From contig JAADVB010000007.1 of NCBI GenBank assembly GCA_023334545.1, positions 1 through 64,000 on the forward strand: a stretch of 64,000 nt of DNA, read 5' to 3'. A program made the translations under genes and the position numbers. The notes below the pieces were generated by a model that saw only the letters and a program-made list of their open reading frames with translations, searched no databases and was not told the DNA's origin. Shown here in pieces: positions 35,708 through 48,676 of this stretch. This DNA comes from Salisapilia sapeloensis CBS 127946 (Eukaryota > Protista > Oomycota). Position 1 is the first letter of the stretch, and every line of letters starts with the position of its first letter.

Positions 35708-37160
35708 TTACCATCGATTCGAGTACCCTCGATACGACGGCGGCGGATCTCGGTCTCGTGGGGAATCCCATCGTCGAGACCTCTCGTCGTACCCATTGAA
35801 ACTACCTCGTCGGTCGCCAAAGCTCTGCGAATGCTCCAGTCGTGGACGCTTCGGAGCGTATCCGTCCTGCGAATCCACGTCGTCGTACCTTGGTGGCGGG
35901 TTGTACGAAGTGCTGAATGAGTGGTGTCGCCTGAAGGGTGGAGGCGGCGGACGATTCGTCTGCATCGGACGCTGGGGAGGACGTGGCGGATAGTTGTACG
36001 TATCACCTGGAGACGAGTACGATCGAGAAGCCGTCGGCGTACTCGTACTCCTCAACCTCTCTCGTTCCTCTGTTTTTCGCTGTTGCTCCAGCGTTTCTGC
36101 TTCATCACATAAGACATAAACTCGTTCCAACTCTTTCTCTTGGTGTACTAGTTCCTGCAGATTCTTCGCATAAACTTTATCATCATTGAAAAACGAGAAA
36201 GACGAAAGTGATCTTAAATGCGTCAAGAGGGTCGATCGAGACTCCATCTGTCGCTCTAACTGGTCTCGATATTGCTGCACGTGCTCTTGACTATTGTCCA
36301 CGTCTAAATCAAACACGGCCGGGTCGAGAGCTTCCCAATCCATCGACGTTTGATTCGAATCGGACGCTTGATGGAAGTTCGTCAGTCGAGATTCGAGCTG
36401 GAACATTCGATCGCTCAGGAGATCTGTATTGATCGTAGCGTTCACGAGCTGCTGCATGAGCTTAGAGGTCGTGGAGGTGATGCTGGATTCTTCCAAGATC
36501 GGCATGTTCTCCAAAGCACGCTCCGTGGCTTCTGCCGAGGACAATTCCGCCACGAGCTTTTCTTCCTTGGACTCTTTTGGCTTCATTTCCACATCCTGAT
36601 TGTCAGCTACTGGATTCCTATCAAGTATGGTGAGTACTTGACATAGATATATGCACACAAAAGACGTACTCTTGTGGCTTGTGACCGGACGCGATGGCTT
36701 GGAGAGCCGAGAGGAGCGTCGAGTCGACAATCTTACGCTCCTTCCAGATACCCACGACTTTCATTAGACAACGCTTGACACGCTCGTCAGCGTGCTCCAT
36801 GATGTAGTTCGAGACAGGTTCGAGCTTTGGTTCCCATGCTTTTGGAATGTGGCTACCATACCGCCGACTCCCGACCTTTTCAATCGACATTGTTAGGCAT
36901 CGTACAAGTATACATAACTATAATGAATCTACCTGCATCGTTTCATTCGCAATGTACAGAGCAGCCATTTGCTGCGTACCACTGGACGTGGCGCGAATGT
37001 GATTCTCCCAGACTTGGACAATGTCGTTCATGTTCGACCGACGGTCGAGTATCCACATCGCAACTGCCTGGATGTCTTGCTGTGTGATCTGAGCTTTATG
37101 TAGACGTCTAGTAAGGCTCTCCTCTGCATACATCGGCTCCTGATCACCCTCGGAAGACAT
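35708..37160 (-). CDS. RNA Pol II CTD-interacting-domain (CID/RPR) protein, RPRD/Rtt103-like (3 exons)
   Basis: EESLTRRL...TQQDIQAVAMWIL...WENHI...AALYIANETMQ|...KVVGIWKERKI, then a coiled coil and an Arg/Pro/Ser-rich tail. Confidence 0.8.
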
Positions 37161-37267
37161 GTCGACTCGCGGCCTCTTCGATCAATTGATTCAAACGATT
37201 GTTTCGAGACTACTGGAGCAAATTCACTTGACTTTTGTATACTCAAAAGCAAGAAGCTCAGCATCTC

Positions 37268-37850
37268 ATGTTGGCACCACGGAAGACACTGCACTCAACG
37301 CCTATACCAGTGTTCGAAAAGGCATTGGACATCGTAGGTGCAAGGGAAGAGGATGTGCTGTATGATATTGGGTGTGGAGATGGGAGACTTGTCGTTGCAG
37401 CAGCAGAGTTGTATGGTGTCAAGAGCATTGGTGTCGAAATTGATAGAAAAAGGATCGAAGAAGGCAAGACACGAGCGAGAGAGGCAAATGTCGAGCATTT
37501 AGTTGAGTTTAGACAGGAGAATGGACTCGAAGTAGATCTACAGGATGCAACGATTATCTTTCTATTTCTTATTGAAAGAGGATTGAGGTACGTCCTCTTG
37601 GTAGATACATGAGCGATCGAGGTGGATTTATATATGAAATGGTAGGCTTATGAAACCTCGGCTGAGCGCTTTCAAGACACCGTGTCGTGTCATCACGTAC
37701 TTGTATGCGATTCCAGGTCTCGAGTACGCTGAAAAGCACTTCGTGTCGACTACCAAGCAGATTAATACCCAGGCGGGAGGTGGAAAAGAAGATGTGCAGT
37801 TTCCTATTTACATCTACCACTTCCCAATCCACTCATCAGGAGATGCATAG
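37268..37850 (+). CDS. Class I SAM-dependent methyltransferase (FAM173/ATPSCKMT-like), 2 exons
   Basis: STPIPVFEKALDI, motif I VLYDIGCGDGRLV, GVEID, ATIIFLFL, then exon 2 CRVITYLYAIPG. Confidence 0.8.
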
Positions 37851-37893
37851 CTACTCACGCGACAGGTCATCGCAAACTTGGCTAGTAATAAAG

Positions 37894-40178
37894 TTATTTC
37901 GGCTCGACCAAGTGGTGCTTGAACCGCGTTGCACCCTTTAGCTGTGGTAGTGTGTACGATCCGCTCCGTGGACTGAGCGAGCCACCTGCATCGGCAGTTG
38001 TTAGTCGACAAGAACCACTTGAAAAAGTATCACGAGATAACGCATCGAAGCTTTTCCGCCTAAGATCAGATACAGACACATCAAACTCGCTATTACCACC
38101 AGTTTCAATTAGCCTCATGGCATCTGGAGGTGGAGCAGGCATCGATATGCTCAACCTTAGACTATCCTCAAGTTGTGACTCCTTCAATGCCGGCGTTTCA
38201 CCGGATAATGAACTATCAGCCGATACTTGTTCATCCATTGGCGGTGGCAAGCCGACTTGATTTGCCGAAAGAGCCTGATCACACTCACTCCTAATACACA
38301 CTGGTTGCATATTAGGCTCTGATTGTATGGCGTTCTGTATATCGTCTCCTTTTCCATTCATCGGTGGTATCGACATGGGTGCTAATTGTTTTCGTCCAGT
38401 TAAATTACCTGCTTCCTGCGACCTCGGACTGGTAGGGGGCAAGCGTGCAGATGCAGGTTCATTACTCCAATGCTGGAGCGTCTCCAGACTAAGCTGCAAC
38501 CTTCTTCTTGGTCGCCACTCGTCAACTAGAGTTGCGATGTATTCCGCACACTTCGTGATCGTATCGTACGGAAACGTGCTATTCAGCTGGAAGATGGCCA
38601 TCGCTAATCGAGCACAGAGTGCATCCTTCATGCCAAAGTGGTCACTTGGAGACAAGTCCACTTCATTATGTTTATACTTGTTCAAACGTAGTTGCAAGCG
38701 CCGGATGCAGTTCAAGAGACGATCGAGCGTCTTGATAATACAGTTAGGAAGTGTGTTCAACACTCGGAAACGTTCGTCTATCAATTGCGTCGTAACACCT
38801 TCGGACACTGGTCCAGGTAAAGTAGAAGCAACTTTAATGTCTAATAGCGGCTCTCTCAGATGTTCCAACCAAGTCAACAAGAGGGCAGCATAGTAGTTGG
38901 TGTTTGGACATTTCGTAGTTGCTACCTGCCAATTCCATGGGCCTAGATTAAAAGCCACTTTAGCTGGAAACAAATCATTCTGACTGATGCAACCTTCTCC
39001 ACGATTGCTTCGACTGTTTATAAGCGTCGATGGACGATAAGCGTTTGTATCCTGGGTATCTCGTGAGAGGTAGATACCGTAGACAGTAGTCAAATGCGCC
39101 TGGATTACGCCCCGACGATCAGCGCCGACCATGTTGTCCGAACCAGACGAAAGCGGTACATGTTCGACTAATGTCTGGATGATTTCATAAGAATTATCGT
39201 GACTTGCATCCTCCACTTGTTGACACAGAAACTCTAGCACTGCTGGCAGTCCTCCACGTGGACCAACCATCTCCTCTCCATGCATCACTCGGGTTTGGAG
39301 TTCAGTCAATTCGATAGCAGTGAATGGCTCGTGAATAAACGGTAATGCGAAGACGACGTGAGCGACGCTGATGTACTCGTGAAACTCACGAACGAACTTG
39401 GCTTGAGCGGACGTTTGGATAGAACCAGGACGGTCTCTCCGTACAATGTAAATAGCTCGATCGGGACTTATGCGATGGAGGAAAACGAGAGCGCATGCAA
39501 TCGCAAGACCTGTTCGACCATACCCAGCGTGACAGTGCACTGCAATCTATTTCCACGTCAAACAGTGAGCTTCTTTACGTCTGAAGTGATAGTAGGATGT
39601 AAATACCTTGCTATGTCCATCTTCTAAAACAGATACCATTACTTTGACGATGTCTGCCATCAGTTTCAGTGACGGTGTAGTCATGTCTTCCCATCCAAAA
39701 TTGTAGAAACCAACTAGAGTTTCATGTGTGGGATGAGTTGAATAAGAATACATGATCTAATAGATACAATTTACTTTTTTCTGCCATGAGATCTTTCTCT
39801 GGATCGTATGGGAAGCCACTGGGAAGCAATGGATCGCCGCAATACGGGTGTTCACCTGGGAGTGTCAAGTTAAATACTGCCGCTATCTTCAACCTGCCAT
39901 CGAGTCCATTAGTTGGTATGGTAATGAAGAAGTATAATTATCTGCATGTACTTGTGGAATTGGTCGGCGATTTTGTACGCCTTCATGAGTCGTGAAGATG
40001 GACGCATCATGCCTAGCAACCGGTCTGTTACGAAGTCAGCGTGAAGACCTTTAATAGGGGAATCTGTCTTGGCGATGGCAGCGCTCTCACTACACCTCTT
40101 GCATTTGGCTCCCCCACATAGGCGGCACTTGACTGTCAGCAGCTTGTCCCATTCCCGAGGTTTAACAGGGGAGCCCAT
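37894..40178 (-). CDS. PTPDC1: Protein tyrosine phosphatase domain-containing protein 1 (dual-specificity PTP), multi-exon
   Basis: N-terminal CRLCGGAKCKRC...IKGLHADFVTDRLLGMMRPS, YNFGWEDMTTPS, catalytic VHCHAGYGRTG (CX5R), and RRDRPGSIQT..QAKFV.EF. Confidence 0.85.
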
Positions 40179-40299
40179 CCTAGAAGTGATGGTAAGGCGG
40201 TCGCAGGCAAGTCTACCGACGTATCCGTTTCATAGCCATCATGTTCTTGGATTTCTATATTTAAATGATGTAAGTTGTGAGCTACTTGAGCAAGTGACA

Positions 40300-43200
40300 A
40301 TGAAATCCAGTGATGGAGGTCGATCTGTTCCACCTTCAGCACGCCATGATGCATCCCCCTTAACATCATCGCAATCGAAGAAACTTGTGCGTAAGGCGTC
40401 GAGTGGAAAAGGTAGTGGTATGGACTCGACTAACAGAGACAATGGCGCTCGAAAGAATGCAACGCCACCAAGTTTCCTTCCAAATGATGCCTACTACTCC
40501 ATGCATACACAGCAGACTCCGAACAGCTATCAGCATCCAACACTTATGCGAATGCCATCATTTGCTTACCCATCGCCATCGACACCAGTGTTTCCTGTTG
40601 TTGGCACACCACAACTGCTTCAACCAGCAATTGATGCACCGGTTGATGACTCTGGATCACTTTTACAAAGTCTGGAGAAGAAAGACCAAATGATCTCTCA
40701 ACTCGGCACAGTCCTAGCTCAAATGCAACAGGATACACAAGGTACGGCCCACGTTTGGAAGGAAAAGTTGCAAGAGGTAGCAAATTTAAAGCAGCAGCTT
40801 AATTTGTTGGCACAAGAGTTGGAAGCTACTAACGTTCAAAAGCAAGAGCTGACGACGCAATTGAATGAATTTAATCAAGTGATGAATGCACAAAAGGAAG
40901 AAAGTGAAAAGACAAAGGAGAAGCACTTGGAAGAGTTGAAGATACTGAACGAGGAAATTGGCAAGCAGCAGAACGAAGCTAGTCAACTGGAAAGCAAGTA
41001 TAGGAAAGAGTTGGAAACGATGGCTGATGAATTGAATAGCACCAAACAAAGCGCTGCATCAAGTATGGAAAGTCTCATGGCGTATAAAGAGGAGATTTCT
41101 ACCCTTCACCAGAAACTCGACGAGTGTAATCGAGAAAAGAATGATGCAGCAGTCGCTGCAAAGGAGATGGCTCAGGCCTTTGAAGTCCATAAGCAAGGTA
41201 TGGAGAGAGAGAAACATGAATTGGGACAGCATCTATGGAATGCAACCAAAGAATTAGAGTCAAGTAAAGGACGAGAACAAGAGATGACACAAAAATATGA
41301 GGAGTTTGTCAAAGAGTACGAGAAAGCTCGTGTCGTTTGGAGCCAGGATTTTGAAGCGATAAAAGCGGAGCGCATTGAACTCATGAATGTTCAGCAGAAC
41401 CTAGAGAGAACAATCGAGGGACTGAAAGAGCAGGTTGATATTGAAAAGAAGCAGAAGGAGGAACTAAACGGCTACATTGGGTCCGAGTTACAAAAATTAG
41501 AGGTAGCAAAAAAGGGGGAAGAGAGTAGCAAAGCACAGGTAGCAGCATTGAGTGACGAGGCACAACATTGGAAAGAGACGGCTATGAGTACGGAAAAGCG
41601 TTTGGAGGAATCACATCAACAGATGGGTAAATTGGAGAAGGAATTGTCAGAGGTACGAGATCGTCTAGAACAAGCTGAAAAGGAAAGATTGGATCTTGAA
41701 CAGAATAATTCGGAGCGTTCTTCTATTGTGCAAGAGCTAAATGATAAATTGAGAGAGACCATGGCTGAAAATGAAGAAGCTAGTAGTAATCTGGAAAAAT
41801 TATCCTCTCGATGGGAACAGCATGAGCAAGCGATTGATACATGCTTGGAGCTACTGTTCTCATCTTCTGACAAAAACGAATTAGTGAATATGAGAGCGGA
41901 AGCTTTCCCCACGGCTATTATCGATGCTGTCGCAACATCTGTGGACATTGAAAGAGCGATGGAGCAACTGAAAATGGATTTGCTTGAGGTGAAACAATTG
42001 AGAGATTCTGAGAAAGACAAATATCAGGCAACAGAGCGGACACTAGTTGATCGCATCAATACGCTTAACGAAGAACTTTCTTCGACAAAGGAAGATGCTG
42101 TGACGCTGACAAAGGAACTAAAAGAGCTTCATAACGCATCTGGCGGTCAGGAAGCTGCATTGTCATCACAAGTAGAGAAGCTTTCGAATGAAATACAGCA
42201 AGCTCATGCAGATTATTCACAAAAGTTGACCCAACTTCAGAAAGCGCTCGAGTCACAACGCAATCGAAATACTAAATTGGAAGAGGACAAAAAGGAACTG
42301 CTGAAAGAAGCAGAAGATTTGAATACGTCTATCGAGAAGTTGTATGCTGCGGATAAGCAGAAGCAGTTGGAGTTGGATCAGGTGCGAGATGTGTGGAAAG
42401 AGATACAAGTGCAGCATAACGATTTAAAAGAACAGTATGAAGATTTGCAGACAACATCTTCATCTTCTATAGATGCATTGAACCAACGTTTGTCGGAGCT
42501 TCAGGAATCCAAGCAAGCGCTAGAACACTTCCGTTCGGATGCAGAAACAGAGATGAAGAAGCTGGCACAGGCGTTGGATGTGGCACAGGGAGAAATTCAA
42601 GATCTATCGAGTGAGCACACGAAAGCTTCGGAGCAATGGAAGAGCAAGGAAGAAGAGTATGTGGAAACGATTACAGAGAAGAAGGATCGACTGGAGGAAA
42701 TGATGGGTATGCTAACACAGCTTCGGTCCCGAGGTGAGTACTTGGAAAAATCTCGAGAGGAGGATACGAAGAGTGCTCAGCAATCGATGGAGCGCATGCA
42801 ACAGCAACTTCGAGAGCTGGAGGATGAGAAAGCGAAGCTAGAGCATGCTTATCTATCGTTGAAGAAAGAGCATGAAAGTATGTCACGAGAGATATTTGCA
42901 GAGAAAGAGAACGTGACGCAGCTACAGCAATCTCGAGCAGAGCTGGAGGAAGCAAACGAAACATTGACGCAAGACACTCAGCGCCTACAGAGCGACTTAG
43001 AGCGAACGCTACGGACGAAATCAACGATTCAGTTGGAATTAAATCGTTGTCAGGATGATTATGCAGACATACAGAGACAACTCGAGGTCGCTCGTCGCGA
43101 CGCACGATTGATTGAATCCCAGAAGGAAGATGAACTCGAGAAAGCACGCTCGGAAATGGAGGAAGCTCAAGCTGAAGTGACAGACCTTACGTCTCAAGTA

Positions 43201-44795
43201 GAAAGTCTTCAAACCAAGATGGCCTCGATTCAAAGTGCTGCAAACGCAACCATAAATGATCTTATGACTGAATTACAGAATGCACAAGATACGCTTACGT
43301 ATGAAAAGTCTCGTAGTCAGAAGGATGCGGAACAGTGGAGAGCACAAGTATCTCAATTACAAGAGCAGTTATTTGTGAAAGAAAGGGAAGGGAAAGAGAT
43401 GGAGCTTGCGATGAAGCAGACTCAGCAGCAGACAGGAGACACTGCTGAGCAGTTAAATTTACAACTAAGCCGTACCAAAGCTACGTTAGATACTAAGAAG
43501 CAAGAGGTGGAACGATTGACACAGGAATTGGAACACAAGACTACCAAGTTGAGCGAATATGAGCGTAAGTTTGCTCCTCTACAAGCGACCAAAGATCAGT
43601 TACAGGCGAAGCAAATAGAGTTAAAACAAAACTTAGAGTCGAAAGTAAAAGAGCTTCGTGATTTAGATGAAAAGTGGAGTAAGGAGGTAAGTCGGATGAC
43701 AAAAGAGAAGAGGGATGTGGACATGCGGTATGCGGCACTCAAAGAAGAAATAGAGATGAATGGAGATAGGACTGGACACTTGAATAATGAAATCAAAAGT
43801 CTCAAGAGTGTGCTCGAAAGGACGAAGGGGGAGTTGTCGAAAGCAAACGCTGAGTTACGAGCAAGTCGACAGCAGACGGAGAGTGTACAAGCAGCAGCAA
43901 ATGAAACAATTAATGAATTGAATATAAAATTAAAGAAGAGTGAGAGTCAGTTGGAGACTGCTGTGGCACAGTTAGAAAACAAGCTAAAACTGGAGCAGGA
44001 TAGGAGAAGAGAAGCTGAAGTGCAAAAGCTCGAACTCCAAACGAAGGTGGCACCTGCCGAACCATCCACCATCTGCCACTCGATACCAGTCAGATCTGCA
44101 TCAACATCACAGTTAGAACAAGTCGGTCTTAATCTGCCGCAAGGAGACATCTCGTCACCTGTTGAAAAGGAGAGTGAAGAGTCTAGTGTAAGCTTGGACA
44201 AAAATACCCATGACCATTTTTCGGATGGACAGGAGATGCGTAATCCTGACGAATTTGGTAATGAAAAGGTATGGTCTAAATCGGACTTGGCAAATATGCC
44301 AATTGCGATGATCAAGGCACAGATTGGTCTCGAGATGTCGTCTACGCGTAAGAAATCTTCAAGTCGAAATGCAAAGCATCCGAACCCAGGAAAGAATAGT
44401 CCGATGCGAAAGCGAAGTTCAAGATCCAACAGTATCACTGAAAATGAGCAAGAGACGTCTCTAGATACAGTCAACGGGATTCCAAGACTTCCACTAGCCG
44501 ATGTTACCAGGTAAGACAAACTCCATATGTGTTTTTAATTACTCAATAACGAAATGTTGATCCTTTGGTTTGACGTAGTGATACATCGGGTCTAGCAATG
44601 AAAAGTGGCAGGTCTGCATCGCATCAAGGGCTTTCCACTACACCGTTCCTCTCGGGTGCATCAAGCAAATATCGATCATCACTGAATATGAATAATTCGG
44701 TAGAGAAGAAGCAGTACAAGAAGGCATCACAATCTCCTCAGACAAAGACAAAGAAAAGCGGAAACAATGCAGTCCTCCCTCGCATCATGCAATGA
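40300..44795 (+). CDS. Large coiled-coil protein (~1470 aa; golgin/centrosomal/myosin-tail-like)
   Basis: A 4.2-kb uninterrupted E/K/Q/L-rich heptad ORF from MKSSDGGRS. A GT donor at about 44511 and an in-frame last exon (SDTSGLAMKSGRS...LPRIMQ*, to 44795). No globular domain recognised. Confidence 0.8.
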
Positions 44796-44895
44796 CAGGT
44801 AGTATTAGAATCAATGATCGACATGACAACGTGGACGTAAAAGTGTCGCTTCTTTCCTTTTGCTTGTACCATGCCCACGATTGCTTTTGACTGCA

Positions 44896-46280
44896 TTAAG
44901 CATAGACTTTAGTCTTTCTCGTGAGTACCTGGCAAGTGGTGCCGACGCGTAGCTCGCCTTCCGTCTCTGTGATCATGTTCGATCCAAAGTAACACTCCTC
45001 TGCTTGACCATCAATAAAGCCCAGCACTTGTCCATTGCGTTCCGATCGAAGCGTACGACGTGGCTCTTGTCGCGCATGGCGGACCCCTTTATCTTGATCG
45101 ACGGTCGGGACGGTACAACGGCTGCATGGTTTCACATTCCGGAATGCAAAGTCGCCAATTTTCACACAGCTCCATTCCTCATCTGCGAATGGCGACGAAT
45201 ATGCCAAGACAATACTAGCATCGGATCATCAATAAACAAAGAGGACAGTAAAATGTAAAGATGGAAGCACTTTGGTCGGAATCGATTCATCGGGATCTTT
45301 TCTTCCAGGGACTCATTTAAACGATCGAGAGACGACTGCTGAGCAAGCAAGAAGGGGAATCCATCCGCAAAACCTACGATAGTCTTCATATATACTGCTA
45401 GCATAGTACAGAAATGGCACGACATACCGGTGGCATGTCCAGGAGCATATTTGGGCGCTGTCCATCGGTTATGCGAGTCTTTAACGCGCACGAGGCGAAC
45501 TTTGTCGAATTTATTCTGGAGGAATTGGTCCATCCAGTCTCCAGCTGCGTCTCCTTGGTCAATTGCAGGAAGAGTGTCCTTCCAGACACGAACCTCCATC
45601 TCTGGCACATCCTCACCTTCACGCACAATCGGAACATGCAGATCTTCCATTCCTTCTGCCGTTAGAACCAAAGCCTTTTACATTAGTTTAGCATCTACTG
45701 GAAGATAATAATAATATCCGTGACTACTTGTGGGTGGACGACGTCTGGAATAAGTTTCGGTCGAATGAGAGACATCTTGGGCAATCGACGCTGTGTCAGC
45801 ATTTGACCTTTGGACGTCACAAACATCCAAGATCGGTCATTCTGAATGCCCTTGCCTACGTAACCATGTCTATTACCTTTCGTCACGAAATCAAAGCAGA
45901 GAGCGAAAGCGTACGTGTAACTTGGGCAGTATCAAGACGGATGCCACCACACGACTTGATCGGATACACAAACAAATCTTGCACGGATGGTGCCATCACT
46001 TGGTTTTCGGAGACCCATTCGGACTGACCATCTCTTTGGACTTGATACTGCTTCGTATCGGCGTTAAAAGCAACGATGGTGGAGCTACGACCGTCTTGAA
46101 GGAGGGCTTGGCAGCCGTTCGGATACTTTTGACCACTATGTTCTGCTGCAATCTCAGCAGGTCGATCCACCTGTAATACACTGCCATTTGTCTTCTTATG
46201 GAGATACAGGTACGTTAAAACAAGAGCACCAGCAGTGCAAATGGTTGCGAGCGTAGAGATGACGCTGATATGTCCATCCT
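44896..46280 (-). CDS. MOSC-domain protein (mARC-like molybdoenzyme), multi-exon; 5' end uncertain
   Basis: VQDLFVYPIKSCGG, DRSWM-type exon, FADGFPFLL, MNRFRPN-type junction, VKPCSRCTVPTVDQ, and FGSNM. Confidence 0.85.
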
Positions 46281-46688
46281 TTCAAACAAGAACCATGAGT
46301 TTTCATTCAATCTAATTGAAAGCAAAAGAGATGAACCATGATAGACGTGATTTGCACAAGACAAGGGAAAGTTTAACGCTTTCTAGCAACTGATTCTCCC
46401 CACCAAAGAGTAGACCTATGATGGGAACTTGGTCGACGTATTTGGATAAGATATCAATATCACTAAACTCACATCCCTTTCTGACTAATGAAACGTATGT
46501 AGCATTGTATATAGTAAACAGATTTCGTTTATAATAACAAATATAGGGCGTAGAAAAATTAGAAATGACAGCACAAGGCCATTAAGCTCGGAGACAAGCA
46601 CCTGTTCGTCGCAGACCTGTCTCCTCTGCCTTCTACCGATCTTTATTCGCTTTCTCTTTCTCTGCATTTGCATATACATCCTACGACC

Positions 46689-48616
46689 ATGTCTGCACCT
46701 GCGTCTGCTACGCCACCTACCTCGAATGACGCGAATCAAGACAAGCCTCGAGCTGGCTCCAAACCACAGGCCAAGCCCAAGGCGAGACAGCGCAAGCAAG
46801 CGCCACCCGTTACGCCGGCTCCGTCCTACTTTGAGTCAACTTTAGCCAAGTTTAAGAAGCAATGCACGTCCAAGTCAGCTGAACAGTTAGAGCAGCAGCT
46901 CCAGTCCTTGCTTCTCCAAGGCGCCTTGGAAGATGCAGCCTACTTGATCGCTGCAAGTGAAGCTTTAGGCGAAAAGTATCATATTTCCGACACGGTCCGA
47001 CTTATGATCGAACAGCAGCACTTTGATACGGCAGCTAGAGTCATTCGTGATATGAAGCTGCAGGAGACGACACCGGAGATCGTCACGATGCTCATCAGCG
47101 CTCTCGTCACTCGAGTTCAGTTCCAAACAGCCATTCGTGTAGCACAGGAAATGGTCCCTGCTTTTCGTGATACCGAATCGAATGCACAGGAAAAAGCGGT
47201 GTGGACGCCCATGGCCATGGTCCAGGCGATGGTCCGTGCCAAGCAGTTCCGACTGGCACTCAAATACAGTCGCCAATTCAAATTAGAAGACCATTTTCCA
47301 GCTCCAAGTCTCGTCTCGAAACTATTTGAGAATCGTAGTTGGGAAGATGCTGTCTCTGCTGTCCTCGTACGTACTTCCAAAAATTGTATAATATCTACTT
47401 AACTAATAAATCGTAGGAATACAAACTGTATGATGAGTATCCTTTGGACGGATTGACGTCAACGATGCTCGCGAATAAACAGTGGGGACTAGCTGTCAAG
47501 GTAATGGGACGACTAAGTCGGGAAGACCAGGGTAAATGGAAAGAGCAGCTCGTTCGACAAGCTGCTGCGAGTGGAGACTTTATCTCTTGCATCAAGTACC
47601 TTCGAGAGTTCAAGTTGGATGATCCAGCTACGTTTTCGGAACTTTTGAAATATCTTGTCGATGAAATGTTGCGTCATGATGAACTGTATAAAGCAATCAA
47701 GTACGCACACAAGTTTGAACTCGCGACGTACTTCCAGGAGAACGGACAATCGTCGTACGATGTCAAGATCCTCATTCGTTTAGCGATGCAGAGAAACCAG
47801 CTACACGTAGCCTCCACGTACATTAAGAAACTAAAGCTACAGGATGCATTCACAGCTGAACTGGCGTGGATGAAACGACAGCAGGAAGCGCAAGTCGCGC
47901 AGTTCCGACAATTCTTTGCCTACAGACAGAACCAATTCGCTCATCCAGCGTTCCAGCAGGAATTGCAGAGGCTTCTGGCATCACAATTGCAAGAAGAGAC
48001 GTATGTGGAGCAGGAAGGAAAGCAAGTGGAGAAAGTCATTAGTTTGAAAGAAGAAATAGTGCCGAAACGTAGTGAAAGACAGCAAGTTGATAAAAGCAAC
48101 GAGGTGTCGCCTGGAAACGCCTCAACAGAACAATCTCGCTTTAACTTTGCACGGCCGCAGGAGAGAACTCCGGCACCTCCACCTGGATTGGCGCCAACGC
48201 CACCTTCGCCAGCTGCGTCGCCTCCCTTGCCACAGTCACCGGCCGTGTCGCCTCCAATGGCATCGCCTCCTGGATTCAACTTCCAACAGTACCCGTCGAA
48301 TGTGAATATGCAGAACGTGTCGCCGATGCATCGACCGCCGATGCCTCCCATGACACCACAGTACTCTCCGTCGTATCCAGCTGGGTCTCAGATGAGAGGT
48401 CCTTCTCCATCGGTGCCAAGAGGTAGCCCACAAGCACCTGGAGGTACGGATGTGGCAGCTCTGGCCATGCAGTTCCACTCGCTCGGGAGCATGCCATCGA
48501 GTAACTCGAGCCCAGGACAGACTAGTGGCTACTACAACGCCTCTGCGTCTTCTCCTTCACGCTTTAAACCGAGCGTCGGGTACACGACCGTGACGACGAC
48601 GAGGCAACCAAAGTAG
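46689..48616 (+). CDS. Helical-repeat protein (FRIGIDA-like or EXD3/Mut-7 N-terminal-like) with a Pro-rich tail, 2 exons
   Basis: Recurring A.K....FKL...F units (ALKYSRQFKLEDHFPAPSL; CIKYLREFKL; AIKYAHKFEL; YIKKLKLQDAF), intron at about 47369-47417, and a Pro/Ser-rich C-terminus. The family call is tentative. Confidence 0.6.
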
Positions 48617-48676
48617 AATGCTAGCTATACAGATTGCTCCTGAAACGAAAAATACATTTCTACTTTGCTATCGAGC

